Below, piece by piece: positions 38,913-53,657 of a DNA stretch of 64,000 nt. Numbering within the stretch: position 1 is the stretch's first letter; the number at the start of each line of letters is the position of its first letter. The stretch comes from Octopus sinensis (Eukaryota). The position numbers and the translations under genes were made by a program. The notes beneath the pieces are model-generated. The model was not told the origin of the DNA, made no database searches, and saw only the letters and a list, made by a program, of their open reading frames with translations. The DNA lies in NCBI RefSeq assembly GCF_006345805.1, contig NW_021833236.1, positions 16,426 through 80,425 of the forward strand, given 5' to 3'.

Positions 38913-39649
38913 CACATCTATATACACATACACAAATACAGTTTATATAATATGTCTAGACATATCTGCTAAAATTCATACGCTCACAATAATACACATA
39001 TACGTATTATGTTATTATTCACATACCAGTGAACGCTACAGAAACACATACATACAACCATACCCTCGAACACGAGTACATGTATATGCATGACATACAT
39101 AAGTGTGTATGGATATGTGTGTGCGTGTGTATATATATGTATAGAGGATGATTACTTGAGGCTTTATATATATATATATATACACATGTAAACATACAAC
39201 ATACATAAAATACCATAGTCAAGTCCTTCACCTTACCCTTTAATCATTGCTTACCCGAAGCCGGGTACATAGCCATCCAATATACACCCTGTTTACACAC
39301 AGATAGCAGTTTTGTCTACAATACTGTTTAAACGGTTCGCTGTATCTTACGTTTGTTATGATGATGACAAATATGGCCGACATCTTGACATGTTGTCACG
39401 CGTTTTGTGCTGTTTACCTCTATTTAGACTGTCTGTCACGTATTCACTTCCTGCCTGTAAACTTCCATCTTCGAGACACGACGATTTTATTGACATACAA
39501 CTACAACGGTAGCACCGCAACCACCCTCCAGCACTACCACCACCACCACCACCACCACCAACACCGCCACCACGTAGCAGTGGTAGTCCTATAACAACTA
39601 TAGTACTGGCTACTTTTACCCCTTACATTACTACTACTACTACTACTAC

Positions 39650-39690
<41 letters not shown>

Positions 39691-39717
39691 GTAATAATAA
39701 TAATAACAATAAGGATA

Positions 39718-39850
<133 letters not shown>

Positions 39851-39994
39851 ATTCTTCTATTTATTTCTGTATAACTTCTGGAGGAGTTACCTCAGTCCTA
39901 TATAATCTTAACAAAAAAAATTAAGTAGACTGACATGTAATTTTTGAACGAAATATCGTTCAACCAATTTCACATAATAACCATGGCACTCTTC

Positions 39995-40052
<58 letters not shown>

Positions 40053-40056
40053 TAAC

Positions 40057-40093
<37 letters not shown>

Positions 40094-40094
<1 letters not shown>

Positions 40095-41160
40095 GGAAAG
40101 CAAAAAATTTGCTATTGATCTCGTGCAGGATACCCAAACTGAACAACCCGAGGGAAGTACGGCAACTATTGTTGCAAAGAAGGTGAAAATGATGGCAATG
40201 AAAAAAGCGCACGAGCAATTGGCTGATAGGTGGGAGGAGAAACCTCTGCACGGCAAATATGTGACCCGCAGCAAACAAGCTGATGTTGACCAGAAGCAAA
40301 CCCATCAGTGGCTGCGGAGCTCAGGGCTAAAAGCAGAGAGCGAAGGTTTCATCCTGGCTGCTCAAGACCAAAGCCTATCAACCCGGAACTACCAGGCCAA
40401 TGTGATGAAAAATGGAGCAGACCCAAAATGCCGATTCTGCAACGACATGATTGAAACAGTGGACCACCTAATCTCTGGATGTAAAGTCTTAGCACCAGTG
40501 GAGTATAAATTAAGACATGACAGAGTTGGCCAATATCTCCACTGGCTAATAAGTCGGCATTACATATCAAAACTGCCGACAAGTGGTATAATCACCACCC
40601 TGAGGCTGTAACTGAAGGAGAAAATGTAACCATTCTGTGGGACTTTCCAGTACATACAGACCGAACCATCAAGGCCAATAAACCAGATATTGTTGTGAAA
40701 GACCAAAACAATAAAGTTTGCTTATTGATCGACATGAGCATCCCCTGTGATCCTAATATCTCAGCGAAAGAGTTTGACAAGCTCAGAAAATATAAAGACC
40801 TACTCATTGAAATTGAGAAAATGTGGCATCTCAAGGCGGTTACAATACCAGTGATCGTAGGAGCACTAGGAATGATCAAGATGGGAACCGAAAATTATAT
40901 GAGAATGATCCCTGGCTTACCATCCCTGCAAGAAGTGCAAAAGATTGTCTTAACTAGTATTGAGAAGAGCATTGTCGATGTGAGAACTGTTGCTGCTCAT
41001 GTATTTTAATTTAACTTTTAAAAAAAATTAAAAAAATGAACGAACTACTGAGTTTGGCTTAATGGCCTACCAATATACACTATGAGTTTCTTTGCCCTAG
41101 GAGTCGGGAAGACACTCGGCAAGAAATGGAAGAAAATTTGAAAGAAGAAAAAAAAAAGTA
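40094..41160 (+). mobile_element. 5'-truncated R4/Dong-type RLE LINE in (TAA)n
   Basis: ORFs 40123-40611 and 40695-41009: KPLHGKY, GFILAAQDQ, CRFCNDMIETVDHLISGC, RHDRVG, KPDIVV, LIDMSIP, KYKDL. One frameshift near 40563 and a short deletion near 40957. Confidence 0.95.
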
Positions 41161-41163
41161 AAA

Positions 41164-41209
<46 letters not shown>

Positions 41210-41220
41210 TAATAATAATA

Positions 41221-41252
<32 letters not shown>

Positions 41253-41619
41253 GTAAGAAGAAGAAGGAGGAGAAGAAGAAGAAGAAGAAGAAGAAGAAGA
41301 AGAAGAAGAAGAAGAAGAAGAAGAAGAAGAAGAAGAGAAGAAGAAGAAGAAGAAGAAGAGTAACGATGATGATTTCAAATTTTGGTACAAGGTCAGCAAG
41401 TTCGGGGATGGGTGTAAGTACCAGTGTTCAACTGGTACTTATTTAAAACTAGAGTGGGTAATCGACCCCGGAAGGATGAAAGGCAAAGTTGACCGTCGCG
41501 GAATTTTAACTCAGTAATTCGGTAAAATAAAATAAGAATATCGATAAAACTCAGCGAGATAACAAACGCAGAATCTGTGGAAAAGGTGACGAATACACCA
41601 ACCATCTATTAAGTGAATA

Positions 41620-42030
41620 ACAAGAGTATAGGCACGGGAATGACTGTATCGGTAAAAGAATGCATCGGGATGTTAGTAGAGTGCCACCGGGGAGCATTAC
41701 TGGTTCCGGATAATTTCTATAGTGATGGTAAAGCCGCCATCCAGGTCCGCCCGGGATGCATGCAAAGCAATGAAACCATTCTACATGCACTATTGCAGTA
41801 CTCGAGCATTTCTGATTTGTGAACGAGTTCGGTGATCATCCGACTACATTGTAACGATCAACGAGCCAACATCTTTTGGCCGGTCAAGGCAAGGAGCATT
41901 CCTTTGTTTGATGAGAGGAGGCTACTGCCCCCCTCACTCCCACTGAATTTCTAAGAAGTTGGGCGAATGTGATGAGAATAGCACTCGTGAATAGATCTAC
42001 TCTAAGCATATGCTTGTCGGCTGAATATGA
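41620..42030 (+). mobile_element. Tx1/L1-like LINE zinc-knuckle (zf-RVT) fragment
   Basis: ECHRGALLVPDNFY...PGCMQSNETILHALLQYSSISDL resembles the GALPV...CxxCxxxxETxxHAxxxC pattern. Confidence 0.6.
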
Positions 42031-42163
42031 CGAAGGAGGCGGGGAACATTTTCTATGGTGTTCATAACGAGCAGGGAGACTCGAAGCCTGTGGAGGTCCT
42101 TGATAGCCCAAGAAGTCCTCTTTGATCAGAAAGATTGCATCATCATCATATTGATAATACGGT

Positions 42164-42546
42164 GTGGAGGCCCAGTGGTTAGGGCAGCGGACTCGCGGTC
42201 GTAGGATCGCGGTTTCGATTCCCAGACCGGGCGTTGTGAGTGTTTATTGAGCGAAAATACCTAAAAGCTCCGCGAGGCTCCGGCAGGGGATGGCGGTGAT
42301 CCCTGCTGTACTCTTTCACCACAACTTTCTCTCACTCTTACTTCCTGTTTCTGTTGTACAAGTATTTCAAAGGGCCGACCTTGTCACTCTCTGTGTCACG
42401 CTGAATATTCCCGAGAACTACGTTAAGTGTACACGTGTCTGTGGAGTGCTCAGCCACTTACACGTTAATTTCACGAGCAGGCTGTTCCGTTGATTCGGAT
42501 CAACAGGAACCCTCATCGTCGTAACCGACGGAGTGCTTCTAAAAAA
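42164..42546 (+). mobile_element. SINE family A
   Basis: Near full length, short A tail, TSD-like AATACGGT(GT) on both sides. Confidence 0.92.
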
Positions 42547-42699
42547 AATACGGTGTACCATGCACAGATTTTTAAAATCCTTCCATTCTATGTAAACCCT
42601 CACACTTAATGTCTATCTTTGTATGGTCCTCTTCGTCCGCCACCCTAATGGCAAATATAAACCTCATCATCATCATCATCATCATTATTATTATTATGG

Positions 42700-42962
42700 G
42701 TTTTTCTTCTTTTAAATTTGCTTCCATTTCTTGCCGAGTGTCTTCCCGACTCCTAGGGCAAAGAAACTCATAGTATACATTGGTAGGCCATTAAACTAAA
42801 CTCACTAGTTCGTTCATATTTTGTTTGTTTAAGTTAAATTAAAATACATGGGTAGTAATAGTTCTCACGTCGACAATGCTCTTCTCAATACGTGTGATGT
42901 ACCAGTTAAGACAATCGTTTGCACTTCTTGCAGGGATGGTAAGCCAGGGATCATTCTCATAT
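42700..42962 (-). mobile_element. RLE LINE 3' tip (same family as 40094)
   Basis: MIPGLPSLQEVQTIVLTGTSHVLRRALS plus the conserved 3' UTR; in (TAA)n. Confidence 0.9.
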
Positions 42963-42981
42963 ATTATTATTATTATTATTA

Positions 42982-43041
<60 letters not shown>

Positions 43042-43668
43042 TTATATCCGTTTTGATATTTCTATTTAGACTTCTCTCCTCTACTTCTGTTTTGAGTTCT
43101 ATTTTTCCTGTTTTTTCCTGCATCAGACCTATTTCAAAACCTCAATATCTTATTTATGAATAATAAAAACAAGAAAGAGTTTACTGGATAAACTGGTCCT
43201 TCATCTTCATATTTTTTGGCGCTGAAAAGATGGCTCAGGCATACATTTCATCTAAACTCGATCAAGTTCGGTCAGTGTCCACAAACAACCAGCAACGACC
43301 GCAACCGCTCCTAGGTTTCATGTATAATAAAAGTAGATACCAGTAGTGCTTAAAGGTGTATTATTAGACATTTAATTTACTGTTGAAGACTTGTGGAATC
43401 CTGCTCTCGCTAGAAGCCCCTTAATTCAAATTATAACTCTTTTACTCTTTTACATGTTTCAGTCATTTGACTGCGGCCATGCTGGAGCACCGCCTTTAAG
43501 TCGAGCAAATCGACCCCGGGACTTATTCTTTGTAAGCCCAGTACTTATTCTATCGGTCTCTTTTGCCGAACCGCTAGGTAACGGGGACATAAACACACCA
43601 ACATCGGTTGTCAAGCAATGCTAGGGGGGACAAACACAGACACACAAACACACACACGCGCATATATA

Positions 43669-45352
43669 CACTTGCGTGTGAAATTAATTAGCACTTCTCA
43701 AATTTCTACATTTTCTTACATTTTCTTAATTTAATTAACTTATTATCAGAAACGAACTCGTTTTTAATCAAAAGTTTATTAAAACATATCCCAGCACACC
43801 ACATAATTGTTATTAATCGTGAAATTTAGTCAATATCTTGTTGCTCCTCCTTTGGCAGCAATGACAGCTGCTACGCGGGTCGGCATGCTGTCTATGAGTG
43901 CCTGCAGGTACTGTGCAGGGATGGCCCTCCATGCAGCAAGAAGTGCCCCAAACAGCTCGTGTCGGTTCCTGTATTGCTGCACATTCAAATCCCTACCCAA
44001 TCGACTCCAGAGGTTCCCAATAGGGTTCAGTCCATGACCATCACCCCATGGTCCTTGAAGAAACCGGTTGTGAGCTTGGCTGTGTGGGGAGGCGCGTTGT
44101 CCTGCTGGAGCACGTACTCCTCGCCACCAAAGAGGTATCTCGCAGAGGGTAGGGCAGCATTCCGTACTATCTCAACGTACTTTGCTGCGTTGATGTTGCC
44201 TTCGACGGCATAGAGCCGCCCAACACCACTGTAGCTGAACGCCCCCCACACCATCAGACCACCCCCACCATGCTTCATGGTGGGAGCAATGCAGTCTTTG
44301 TTGAAGCGCTCACCTCTGCGGCGTTGCACATGGACAGGCTTGTCACTGACGAGACTGAATCGCGACTCGTCAGTGAACATCACTGTCCGCCACTGCTGCA
44401 CGGTCCATGTCTTGTGGGCACGGGCCCAGAGCAGCCGCCTCTTCCGGTTTTGGGCTGTAAAGAGCGGCTTACGGGCGGCCCTACAGGATTTTAGACCAGC
44501 TTCCAGTAATCTGGTCTTGACGGTGGTTGTAGACAACTGCTTCCCTGTCACCTTTTGCATCTCCTCCGCCAGTTGCCGGCTCGTTGCCCTTCGGTTGTTC
44601 AGTGACTTTCGGATCAGCATCCGGTCCTCCCGCTGGGTCGTCAGCCTCTTCCGTCCCCTACCGTTTTTGTCAGCTGCTGATCCGGTTTCCTCGTATTTCT
44701 TAAATAAGCACTGAATTGGCTATTGCAGCCTCCGACAGCTTCCCACGCCACGAGAGAGCCTCATACCGTCTCTCCAAGGTCATGCGAGGTCTTGGGCCCA
44801 TCTAGGAATGAACGATAAAAACCAGTTATTTTCATTAAAACTATTCATTTGAATAATGTTATGCTATAACAAAACTGCTATGAGTTATTATTCATTAAAC
44901 AAAAAAGAAAGAAAGCAGAATTTCTCACCTTATTTGATGTATAACAGAAAGTTTTGTGAACTGAAGTGACGTCACGAAGCAGAGTGTAGGAGAATTTGTG
45001 AGGAAAAAAAATCTTGCAAATACAGAAATCAATTAACCTACGAGCTGTTCAAAACGTCTTACGCGATGAGAAAACTTAGTACGGTGTGATTTCGGTCCTT
45101 GCGAGGCGCTACCTATATCTATTAAACAAAGGAAGATTTGTCTGCATCCGCACTCCAAGTTGTTGTTGCACTGCTATGTCAACATCATTAGGCTGTAGAC
45201 TCTCAAACCGCTCTGCAAACAAAGTTACGTCATCGTTCTGCGCAACAGTGAACTCGCAACAAAGCAATAGTTCGAGATATGGCCACTAGGTGACAGCACA
45301 TACCTTGGGTGAAGAGCAAATCAAGGGTGCTAATTAATTTCCGACGGTAGTG
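43669..45352 (-). mobile_element. Tc1-like (DD34E) transposon
   Basis: TA TSD; TIRs CACTTGCGTGTGAAATTAATTAGCAC / revcomp CACTACCGTCGGAAATTAATTAGCAC. Confidence 0.93.
43830..44801 (-). pseudogene. Tc1 transposase pseudogene
   Basis: ATG at 44801 (MGPRPRMTLERRY), ARKPLFT, VMFTDESRF, KHGGGGLMVWG, LQQDNAPPH. WPxxSP is deleted with a frameshift, NPIGNLW shows E>G, and the ORF ends AKGGATRY*. Confidence 0.92.
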
Positions 45353-46019
45353 TATATGTATATACATATATACGACGGGCTTCTTTCAGTTTCCGTCTAC
45401 GAAATCCACTCACAAGGCTTTGGTCGGCCCGAGGCTATAGTAGAAGACACTTGCTCAAGGTGCCACGCAGTGGGACTGAACCCGGAACCATGTGGTTGGT
45501 AAACAAGCTACTTACCACGCAGCCACTCCTGCGCATAAGTGAATATAATTTTGACATTATGTGTATATATAGGCAAGGGTGTGCTAAGAACATCGGTGTT
45601 GATGTATATGTTTGTATGTGTTTACAGTTTTGTTAATACTTCTTGGTTCAACGACATATGTACGGTGTCTGCTAGAGGGGATCGGTCGACAAACAGCGGA
45701 GCCAGTGATTGTATATAAACAGAACAACACTCTCACCTTCCCTCTCTCCATCTCCTGCTCCCTCCCTCCCTCTCTTTCTCACTCACTTTCTCAATTACTC
45801 ACTCACTCACTCACCATCTCTCTCTCTCTACATCTCCTTCTCTGATATACATGTATACGCACACACACACACATATACAGACACATTGATATATACACGC
45901 CGAATGAAACAAACATATATATATATACATGCATATTTATGTGTATGTATGCTTGTGTATATGTATATTTTTACACACGTATATGTATATATATATATTA
46001 TATATATATATATTATATA

Positions 46020-46055
<36 letters not shown>

Positions 46056-46268
46056 TGTATGTATGAGCCTATGTGTGTATACAAATGCTTCTAGATCCAT
46101 AAATATTTACATAACGCATGCATATACACGGATGCACGCATATACATGTTCTTAGGCACACAAACACACATACGGATAGAAGCACGTATACATACCATGC
46201 CCATCATGTTCGACAGTAATGCATATGATAACATACCTAATTGTAAATATAATTGAATATATGCATAC

Positions 46269-46305
<37 letters not shown>

Positions 46306-46879
46306 CGTGTGTACGTACAGTTCTGGTATAAGCAAAATTAGTCATTTACTTGCACATTACATATAAAAACATTAAGTTACACACTCACACATACACACAC
46401 AAACATATATTTATATTCATATACATACATTTATTTACGCAATTCTACCAACCTATTTCCCTCTCTCTTTTCCCCCCTCTATTTCTCCCCCCCCCCTCTT
46501 CTTACACAGAAACACGCATATATAAGTACGTAAATGTCGAACGATGAAAATGAGTGCTCAACATCGTATTGGTGAAGAGAATTTTTCTGTTTGTGAATAC
46601 CATTGGTTTCATGTTAAGAGAAATGGGAAAATATCTTAATATCTTAACAAGTCCTCAAGCCAATCACATGCAGGAATATCGTCTCGTTGAATTCGCGGAG
46701 ATTCTCTTAAGAAAACAATAAATCAAGGGGCGATACCCCAAGATGTCATCTTTTTGGATGGCTATCTCCGTTGGATTTGACCTTTGGGAAAACAGTCGAG
46801 TCGAATAGTAAATTTGTTGGCAATTATCTTAATTTCTGGGTGTACGTGATGTTCGTATGCTTGTGTGCTGCAGTAGTTC

Positions 46880-47630
46880 GTCGTGGGGTAATATTTCTTC
46901 TGTGTGTGGAGTTCGTGTGTTATGTATATTCAAATTTCACGTTCAGAAAAAGGGGCTATCCCTGTGGGATTTGAGGCGTAGGAAGTGGTTCCTTTTTGAA
47001 GTGTTTAAGTGTGAAATATTGATTCTGTATGCAGTGAGACAAAATTTCATCTTTGATATTTAGAATGTTATTTATTGACTGTATGATATTTAGTTTTTCA
47101 ATGATACAGAGTTCGCATTTTGTACCCCGTCCTCTATTTACTTTAGTAATGATGTTCCATTTTATCTGGGGATTACTTATTCCACTTTCTGTCAATGTCC
47201 ATATCATATCGGATATGGATGTTGCGTTTTTTTTTATCTTTGTCTCTGAATGACGCCAGGTGTTGTGTGTAGCCTTCTTTGAACGGGTTGCCCGTCATTC
47301 CAATAAACGTATTTGCTACGCCTTTAGGATCCATGATCTTGGCCTTGTATACAAATTCTTTTTCGGGACAGTAATTGTTTAGGAGGCAACGGTTTGGAAA
47401 TCTGAGGTTGCATTATCTTTGGAGGAGGGGGGGTCTCTGGTGTGTTTATTTTTATTGTGATTTAGTATTTTTTACCCTATATTGGGGAGGCAGCTATAGC
47501 AAACTTTAACAGTGTTTCTTGTGGTGTTTGTGTGAATGTGGGAAGTGATTGTCAATTAATTTTAAGGATTTCCTATGTTAGCGGCTGCATTCGTGCTATA
47601 AAGTGGATTAAACCATCAGATTTTCTTCTG
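46880..47630 (-). mobile_element. Penelope-like retroelement 3' fragment (GIY-YIG)
   Basis: RNTVKVCYSCLPNIG, NYCPEKEFVYKAKI, FIGMTGNPFKE, IKWNII, KCELCIIEKLNII, LNIKDEILSHC. Confidence 0.85.
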
Positions 47631-47669
47631 TTGGCGTCTTTTGGATCCATTTGTATTTGGTTCAACGTA

Positions 47670-48080
47670 GGCTGTGTGGTAAGTAGCTTGCTTACGAACC
47701 AAATGGTTCCGGGTGTAGTCCCATTGCGTGGTACCTTGGGGAAGTGTCTTCTGCTATAGCCTCGGTCTGACCAAAGCCTTGTGAGTGGACTTGGTAGACG
47801 GAAACTGAAAGAAGCCCGTCGTATATATGTATATATATACGTATGTGTGTGCATATGTTTGCGTGTCTGTGTTTGTCCCCCCAATATCGCTTGACAACCG
47901 ATGCTGGTGTATTTACGTCCCCGTAACTTAACGGTTCGGCAAAAGAGACCAATAGAATAAGTACTAGGCTTACAAAGAATAAGTCCTGGGGGTCGATTTG
48001 CTCAACAAAAGGCGATGCTCCAGCATGGCCATAGTCAAATGACTGAAACAAATAAAAGTAAAGAGTAAAGAGTAAAGAGT
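47670..48080 (+). mobile_element. SINE family B
   Basis: Collinear with other family B copies; (GTAAAGA)n tail. Confidence 0.9.
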
Positions 48081-48155
48081 AATTAAAATAACTAAGACGT
48101 GGTTAGAGAGGTTCATTTATATATAGCAACCCATTCCCACCCACCCCACACATGC

Positions 48156-48192
<37 letters not shown>

Positions 48193-48499
48193 AGCATGTC
48201 CGTATGTACATATCCATGTATGTTGTTATACGCATGCAGCTACATCTATATAGAAGTACTTTTATACGCAGGGTTTTTTTTGTGTGTGGTTTTATGTGTG
48301 GGTACAATTTATATTCATATCAGATTTGGTTGTATACACACGTATCCTCATATAATATATGTACATGCGTGCAACTAAACATTGGTGTCTATATTATAAA
48401 TATTCAAATACATACACGAATATACATAAATATACACATTCCTTGACATGCATTATACACTCATACACACACACACATACATATATACATATATATATA

Positions 48500-48619
48500 T
48501 ATACAAATATATATATATATGCCATATGTTTGTATATAGTTACATATATGCATATATCTGTACACATAAACATATATATATATATCTATATATATATATA
48601 CGTATGTGTATATGTTTAT

Positions 48620-48700
<81 letters not shown>

Positions 48701-48836
48701 ATACAAATATATATATATATATGCCATATGTTTGTATATAGTTACATATATGCATATATATGTACACATAAACATATCTATATATCTATATATATCTATA
48801 TATATACGTATGTGTATATGTTTATATATATATATA

Positions 48837-48850
<14 letters not shown>
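48500..48850. repeat. ~200 bp tandem duplication
   Basis: GCCATATGTTTGTATATAGTTACATATATGC occurs at 48521 and 48723. Confidence 0.85.
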
Positions 48851-48883
<33 letters not shown>

Positions 48884-50124
48884 TGTGTGTGTATTTATAC
48901 ACACATATATATATAAACATTGGTATGTATAAGTTATCGGAAAATAATTCTCTCTTCGGGCCATGCTCATGACATGAGTGGGTTGACGTATGAATCCGGT
49001 GATGTTGGTGTGTTTGTCGTGATGATGGCTGCGGTGGTAGCAGTGGGGTATCTGGTGGTGGTGGTGGTGGGTTGTTACATAGATGCTGTAAATGAGAGTG
49101 GAGAGTTAAGCTGTGATGTATTGCGGATGCTGGCATATAAACAGCATCTGCATTCTGGCCCGTTGCAGCGCCGTGGCTGTTTATTTACGGTGGAAAACCA
49201 CATATTTCCATACACAACTTGACACCATTGACACACAAACACAAGAAATATCTATAGAATCGCAGTTATAAACAACTCTCACACATCTCTGGGACGAATT
49301 TCCGAAATATGATATGGACAGAAAAATTAAGAAACTGGGAGAGAAAACCTCGAGAGATAGATATAGAGAGAGAGGGAGGGAGAGAGGGAGGGAGGGAGGG
49401 AGGGAGAGAGGGAGGGAGAGAGGGAGGAGGGAGGGAGGAGAGGGAGGAGGGAGGGAGGGAGAGAGGGAGGGAGAGTGGGTGAATAGTTAGAAAAGGAAAA
49501 TGATTGCACAACTGTAAAATAGTGTGTGCGAAGCAGTTATGCCCAATGTGTGCCATATGGGCGAGATGAGTGCCACATATAATGCTTAGTGTGTCACGAC
49601 GACATTTATATATCCGTAAATCAAAATGGCCGATATAAATGTAGTTTGCATGACTGGGTGATCGATATGTGGATTTCTCCAGGTATGATTTATATCGTAT
49701 AGAAAGAGGAGAAGGTAGAGCAAAAATGATATAAAGCGAATGAACATTAGAGGGGCAGGATAATTGCATATTTGGAGTATGAGGTCAAGCGATCCACCCG
49801 TTTGGTAAAATCTCATCAAGGTGGGCCTTTACATCACTGTGGTAATGTAGGAAGGCACCATCTTGTTGGGAATAAAGCTCCCCTTCTACGAAGTTCCCTT
49901 GCGTGTTTGGAGCGACAGATTGTCGTGGCAGGTTCAAATCAACGGGATTTGTTTGAATACTGTCAAAAAAAAAAGGGGGACGGTTTCTTTAATCTTTTTC
50001 ATGATTCGCCACACCGTACTATAACTCCTTGTAAAGTAACATGATGTGCCACCATGATATGTGCTACCTCAGGTCCCCAGGAGGCGCAAATGTGGCGGTG
50101 AATTGAGCAATTTACCGTATTTGT

Positions 50125-50342
50125 ATCTTTTATCTTTTATCGTTTAATCTTTTACTTGTTTCAGTCATTTGACTGCGGCCACGCTGGAGCACCACCTTTA
50201 ATCGAGCAACTCGACCCCGGGACTTATTCTTTTGTAAGCCCAGTACTTATTCTATCGGTCGCTTTTGCCGAACCGCTAAGTAACGGGGACATAAACACAC
50301 CATCGGTTGTCAAGCAATGCTAGGGGGACAAGCACAGACATA

Positions 50343-50404
<62 letters not shown>

Positions 50405-50573
50405 CATATATACGACGGGCTTCTTTCAGTTTCCGTCTACGAAATCCACTCACAAGGCTTTGGTCGGCCCGAGGCTATAGTAGAAGACACTTGCCCAAGG
50501 TGCCACGCAGTGGGACTGAACCCGGAACCATGTGGCTGATTAGCAAGCTACTTACCACACAGCCACTCCTGGG
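50125..50573 (-). mobile_element. SINE family B
   Basis: Full length with internal (CA)n(TA)n. Confidence 0.92.
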
Positions 50574-50750
50574 CCTATGAAAGTAGCTGCATTTGTATTG
50601 TTCTATGTAGCAAAAAATTGCCTTGCGACAAATGCAACCGCACCACAGATGAAAGACTGAATGTCATTTACAAAAGAACTGAAGGACGATAAGTCCACTA
50701 TGCACAAAAATTATTATTGATAATAAAAAATTAAAACAATCCATAATATT

Positions 50751-51139
50751 GGAATGGAAGCAATCCGTCGGTTACGACGACAAGGGTTCCGGTTGATCCG
50801 AATCAACGGAACAGCCTGCTCGTGAAATTAACGTGTAAGTGGCTGAGCACTCCACAGACACGTGTACCCTTAACGTAGTTCTCGGGGATATTCAGCGTGA
50901 CACAGAGAGTGACAAGGCCGGCCCTTTGAAATACAGGTACAACAGAAACAGGAAGTAAGAGTGAGAGAAAGTTGTGGTGAAAGAGTACAGCAGGGATCAC
51001 CACCATCCCTGCCGGAGCCTCGTGGAGCTTTTAGGTGTTTTCGCTCAATAAACACTCACAACGCCCAGTCTGGGAATCGAAACTGCGATCCTACGACCGC
51101 GAGTCCGCTGTCCTAACCACTGGGCCATTGCGCCTCCAC
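50751..51139 (-). mobile_element. SINE family A
   Basis: Full length; perfect TSD CCATAATATT. Confidence 0.95.
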
Positions 51140-51504
51140 CCATAATATTACAGTCTTTTAACAAAAGCTTACAAAATATTGCTTATGGTCTGCTGAAAGT
51201 GATGGGGTCTCATCATCTCATCAGTCTTCTTTCCCCAGCTAAACCTGACATTGTTTAATGACTGTGTCACCTTTAAGAAAAGTACTGGGGTCGATTCGTT
51301 AGACTAAAAATTCTTCAAGACCCAATACCCCAACATGGCCGCAGTATAATGACTGAAACAAATAAAAGATAAACAAAAATAAACATAAACGATAAAAAAA
51401 ATAACATTCTTTACTATCTAAATGAAAATTTATCCTAGAAAGATATATATGTATATATATATACATATATATTTGTGTGTGTATGTATGCATGTATGTAT
51501 ACAT

Positions 51505-51604
<100 letters not shown>

Positions 51605-51608
51605 ATAC

Positions 51609-51654
<46 letters not shown>

Positions 51655-51751
51655 ATATATATACTTATACATACAATATATAAATATATATATACATATA
51701 CATACATACATCACATACATACATACATACATACATACATACATACATACG

Positions 51752-51848
<97 letters not shown>

Positions 51849-52380
51849 TATGTATATATAAAGGTCCAATTTTGTTTCATGCTGTGTCCCAATGATTCTG
51901 TATGCAGATTACCTGAAAGGTGTGCACATAGCATTGTGATATTCAACCATTTCTAAATTTCTTTAACTAGTTGGAAGTTCGGTTAATCGAAACCAAGTAC
52001 CGGTCCATCATTGGTGCTGTTGTATACTTTTGTACACATGCTTCAGAGTGTGTAGAATAATGTGGGGTTGTATAGGTGCATGAGTGTATATATGCGTGTG
52101 AGAATATGTGTGTATGTGTGTATGTGTGTGTATAAGACTGGATAAACAAGTACACACCAGCAAATATTCATAATTCATAACTGTACACACACAGACACAC
52201 ACACACAACACACACACATACACATACACAAACATGTATATCAACATATTGGTAATTATAACACTTCGAATATATGCATATATATATACATATATATAAT
52301 ATATATATGGGTGTGTGTAGTTGAATGCTTAAGCATATGTACACATTACATATATATATGATTATACATGTGTGCGTATG

Positions 52381-52419
<39 letters not shown>

Positions 52420-52907
52420 GCCTGTATGTGTGTGTGGTGATATATTCTTAACTTAGCATTTGTTGGGAATGTGTTACCATTATCAGATCCATCAGAAAGA
52501 GATTTCGGAACCGAATCAATAATGAATTCTCACAACATTCCTTTTTGATAAACACACACACACACACACACCACCATACTAAAATTAACACACATTTGCG
52601 CGCACACACACACACACACACACATGTAAACTTACAAAAATTCACATATATGCGCATATACGCATATTAACACATACTAACACACAACACCACCACCAAC
52701 ATCAACAACATCTGCAACGACTTCAGTACAAGAACACCAACAATATCAACAACAACCGCTACGACCGACAAAAGAAGAAGCAGAAGAATATAAGAAAATC
52801 TGGAGAGCAATGTTAATTAATTCCAAAGTATTTTGAGAGGCACTAGCCCTTTAATTATTTCATATCCTATATTAATTAACTCGCGATAACAACAAAAGTA
52901 ACAAATG

Positions 52908-52948
52908 TAATGATAATAATAATAATAATTATAAATAATGATAATAAT

Positions 52949-53017
<69 letters not shown>

Positions 53018-53142
53018 AATGATAATGATAATAATAATGATAATGATAATAATAATAATGATAATAATAATAATGATAATAATAATAATGATAATTACAA
53101 CAATGATAGTAATAATAATTAGCATGAAACAACTTTATTTTA

Positions 53143-53195
<53 letters not shown>

Positions 53196-53212
53196 TGATG
53201 AGAATAATAATA

Positions 53213-53279
<67 letters not shown>

Positions 53280-53414
53280 TAATTACAACGATGATAGTAA
53301 TAATAATTAGCATGAAACAACTTTATTTTAAATAATAATAATAATAAAATAATAATAATAATAATAAACTAATAATAATAATAATAATAATAATTAATAA
53401 GAATAATAATAATA

Positions 53415-53452
<38 letters not shown>

Positions 53453-53473
53453 AATATTATTATTATTATTATT

Positions 53474-53509
<36 letters not shown>

Positions 53510-53623
53510 TAATAAGAATAATAAGAATAATAATAATAATAATAATAATAATGATAATAATAATAATAATAATAATAATGATGATAATAATAATAATGAT
53601 AATTCATCGTCTTCATTTTCTTT

Positions 53624-53657
<34 letters not shown>

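Larger units (their letters stand above)
43436..45533 (-). mobile_element. SINE family B interrupted by a Tc1 element
   Basis: Tail half at 43436-43668 and head half at 45353-45533 join at the internal TA microsatellite. Confidence 0.9.
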
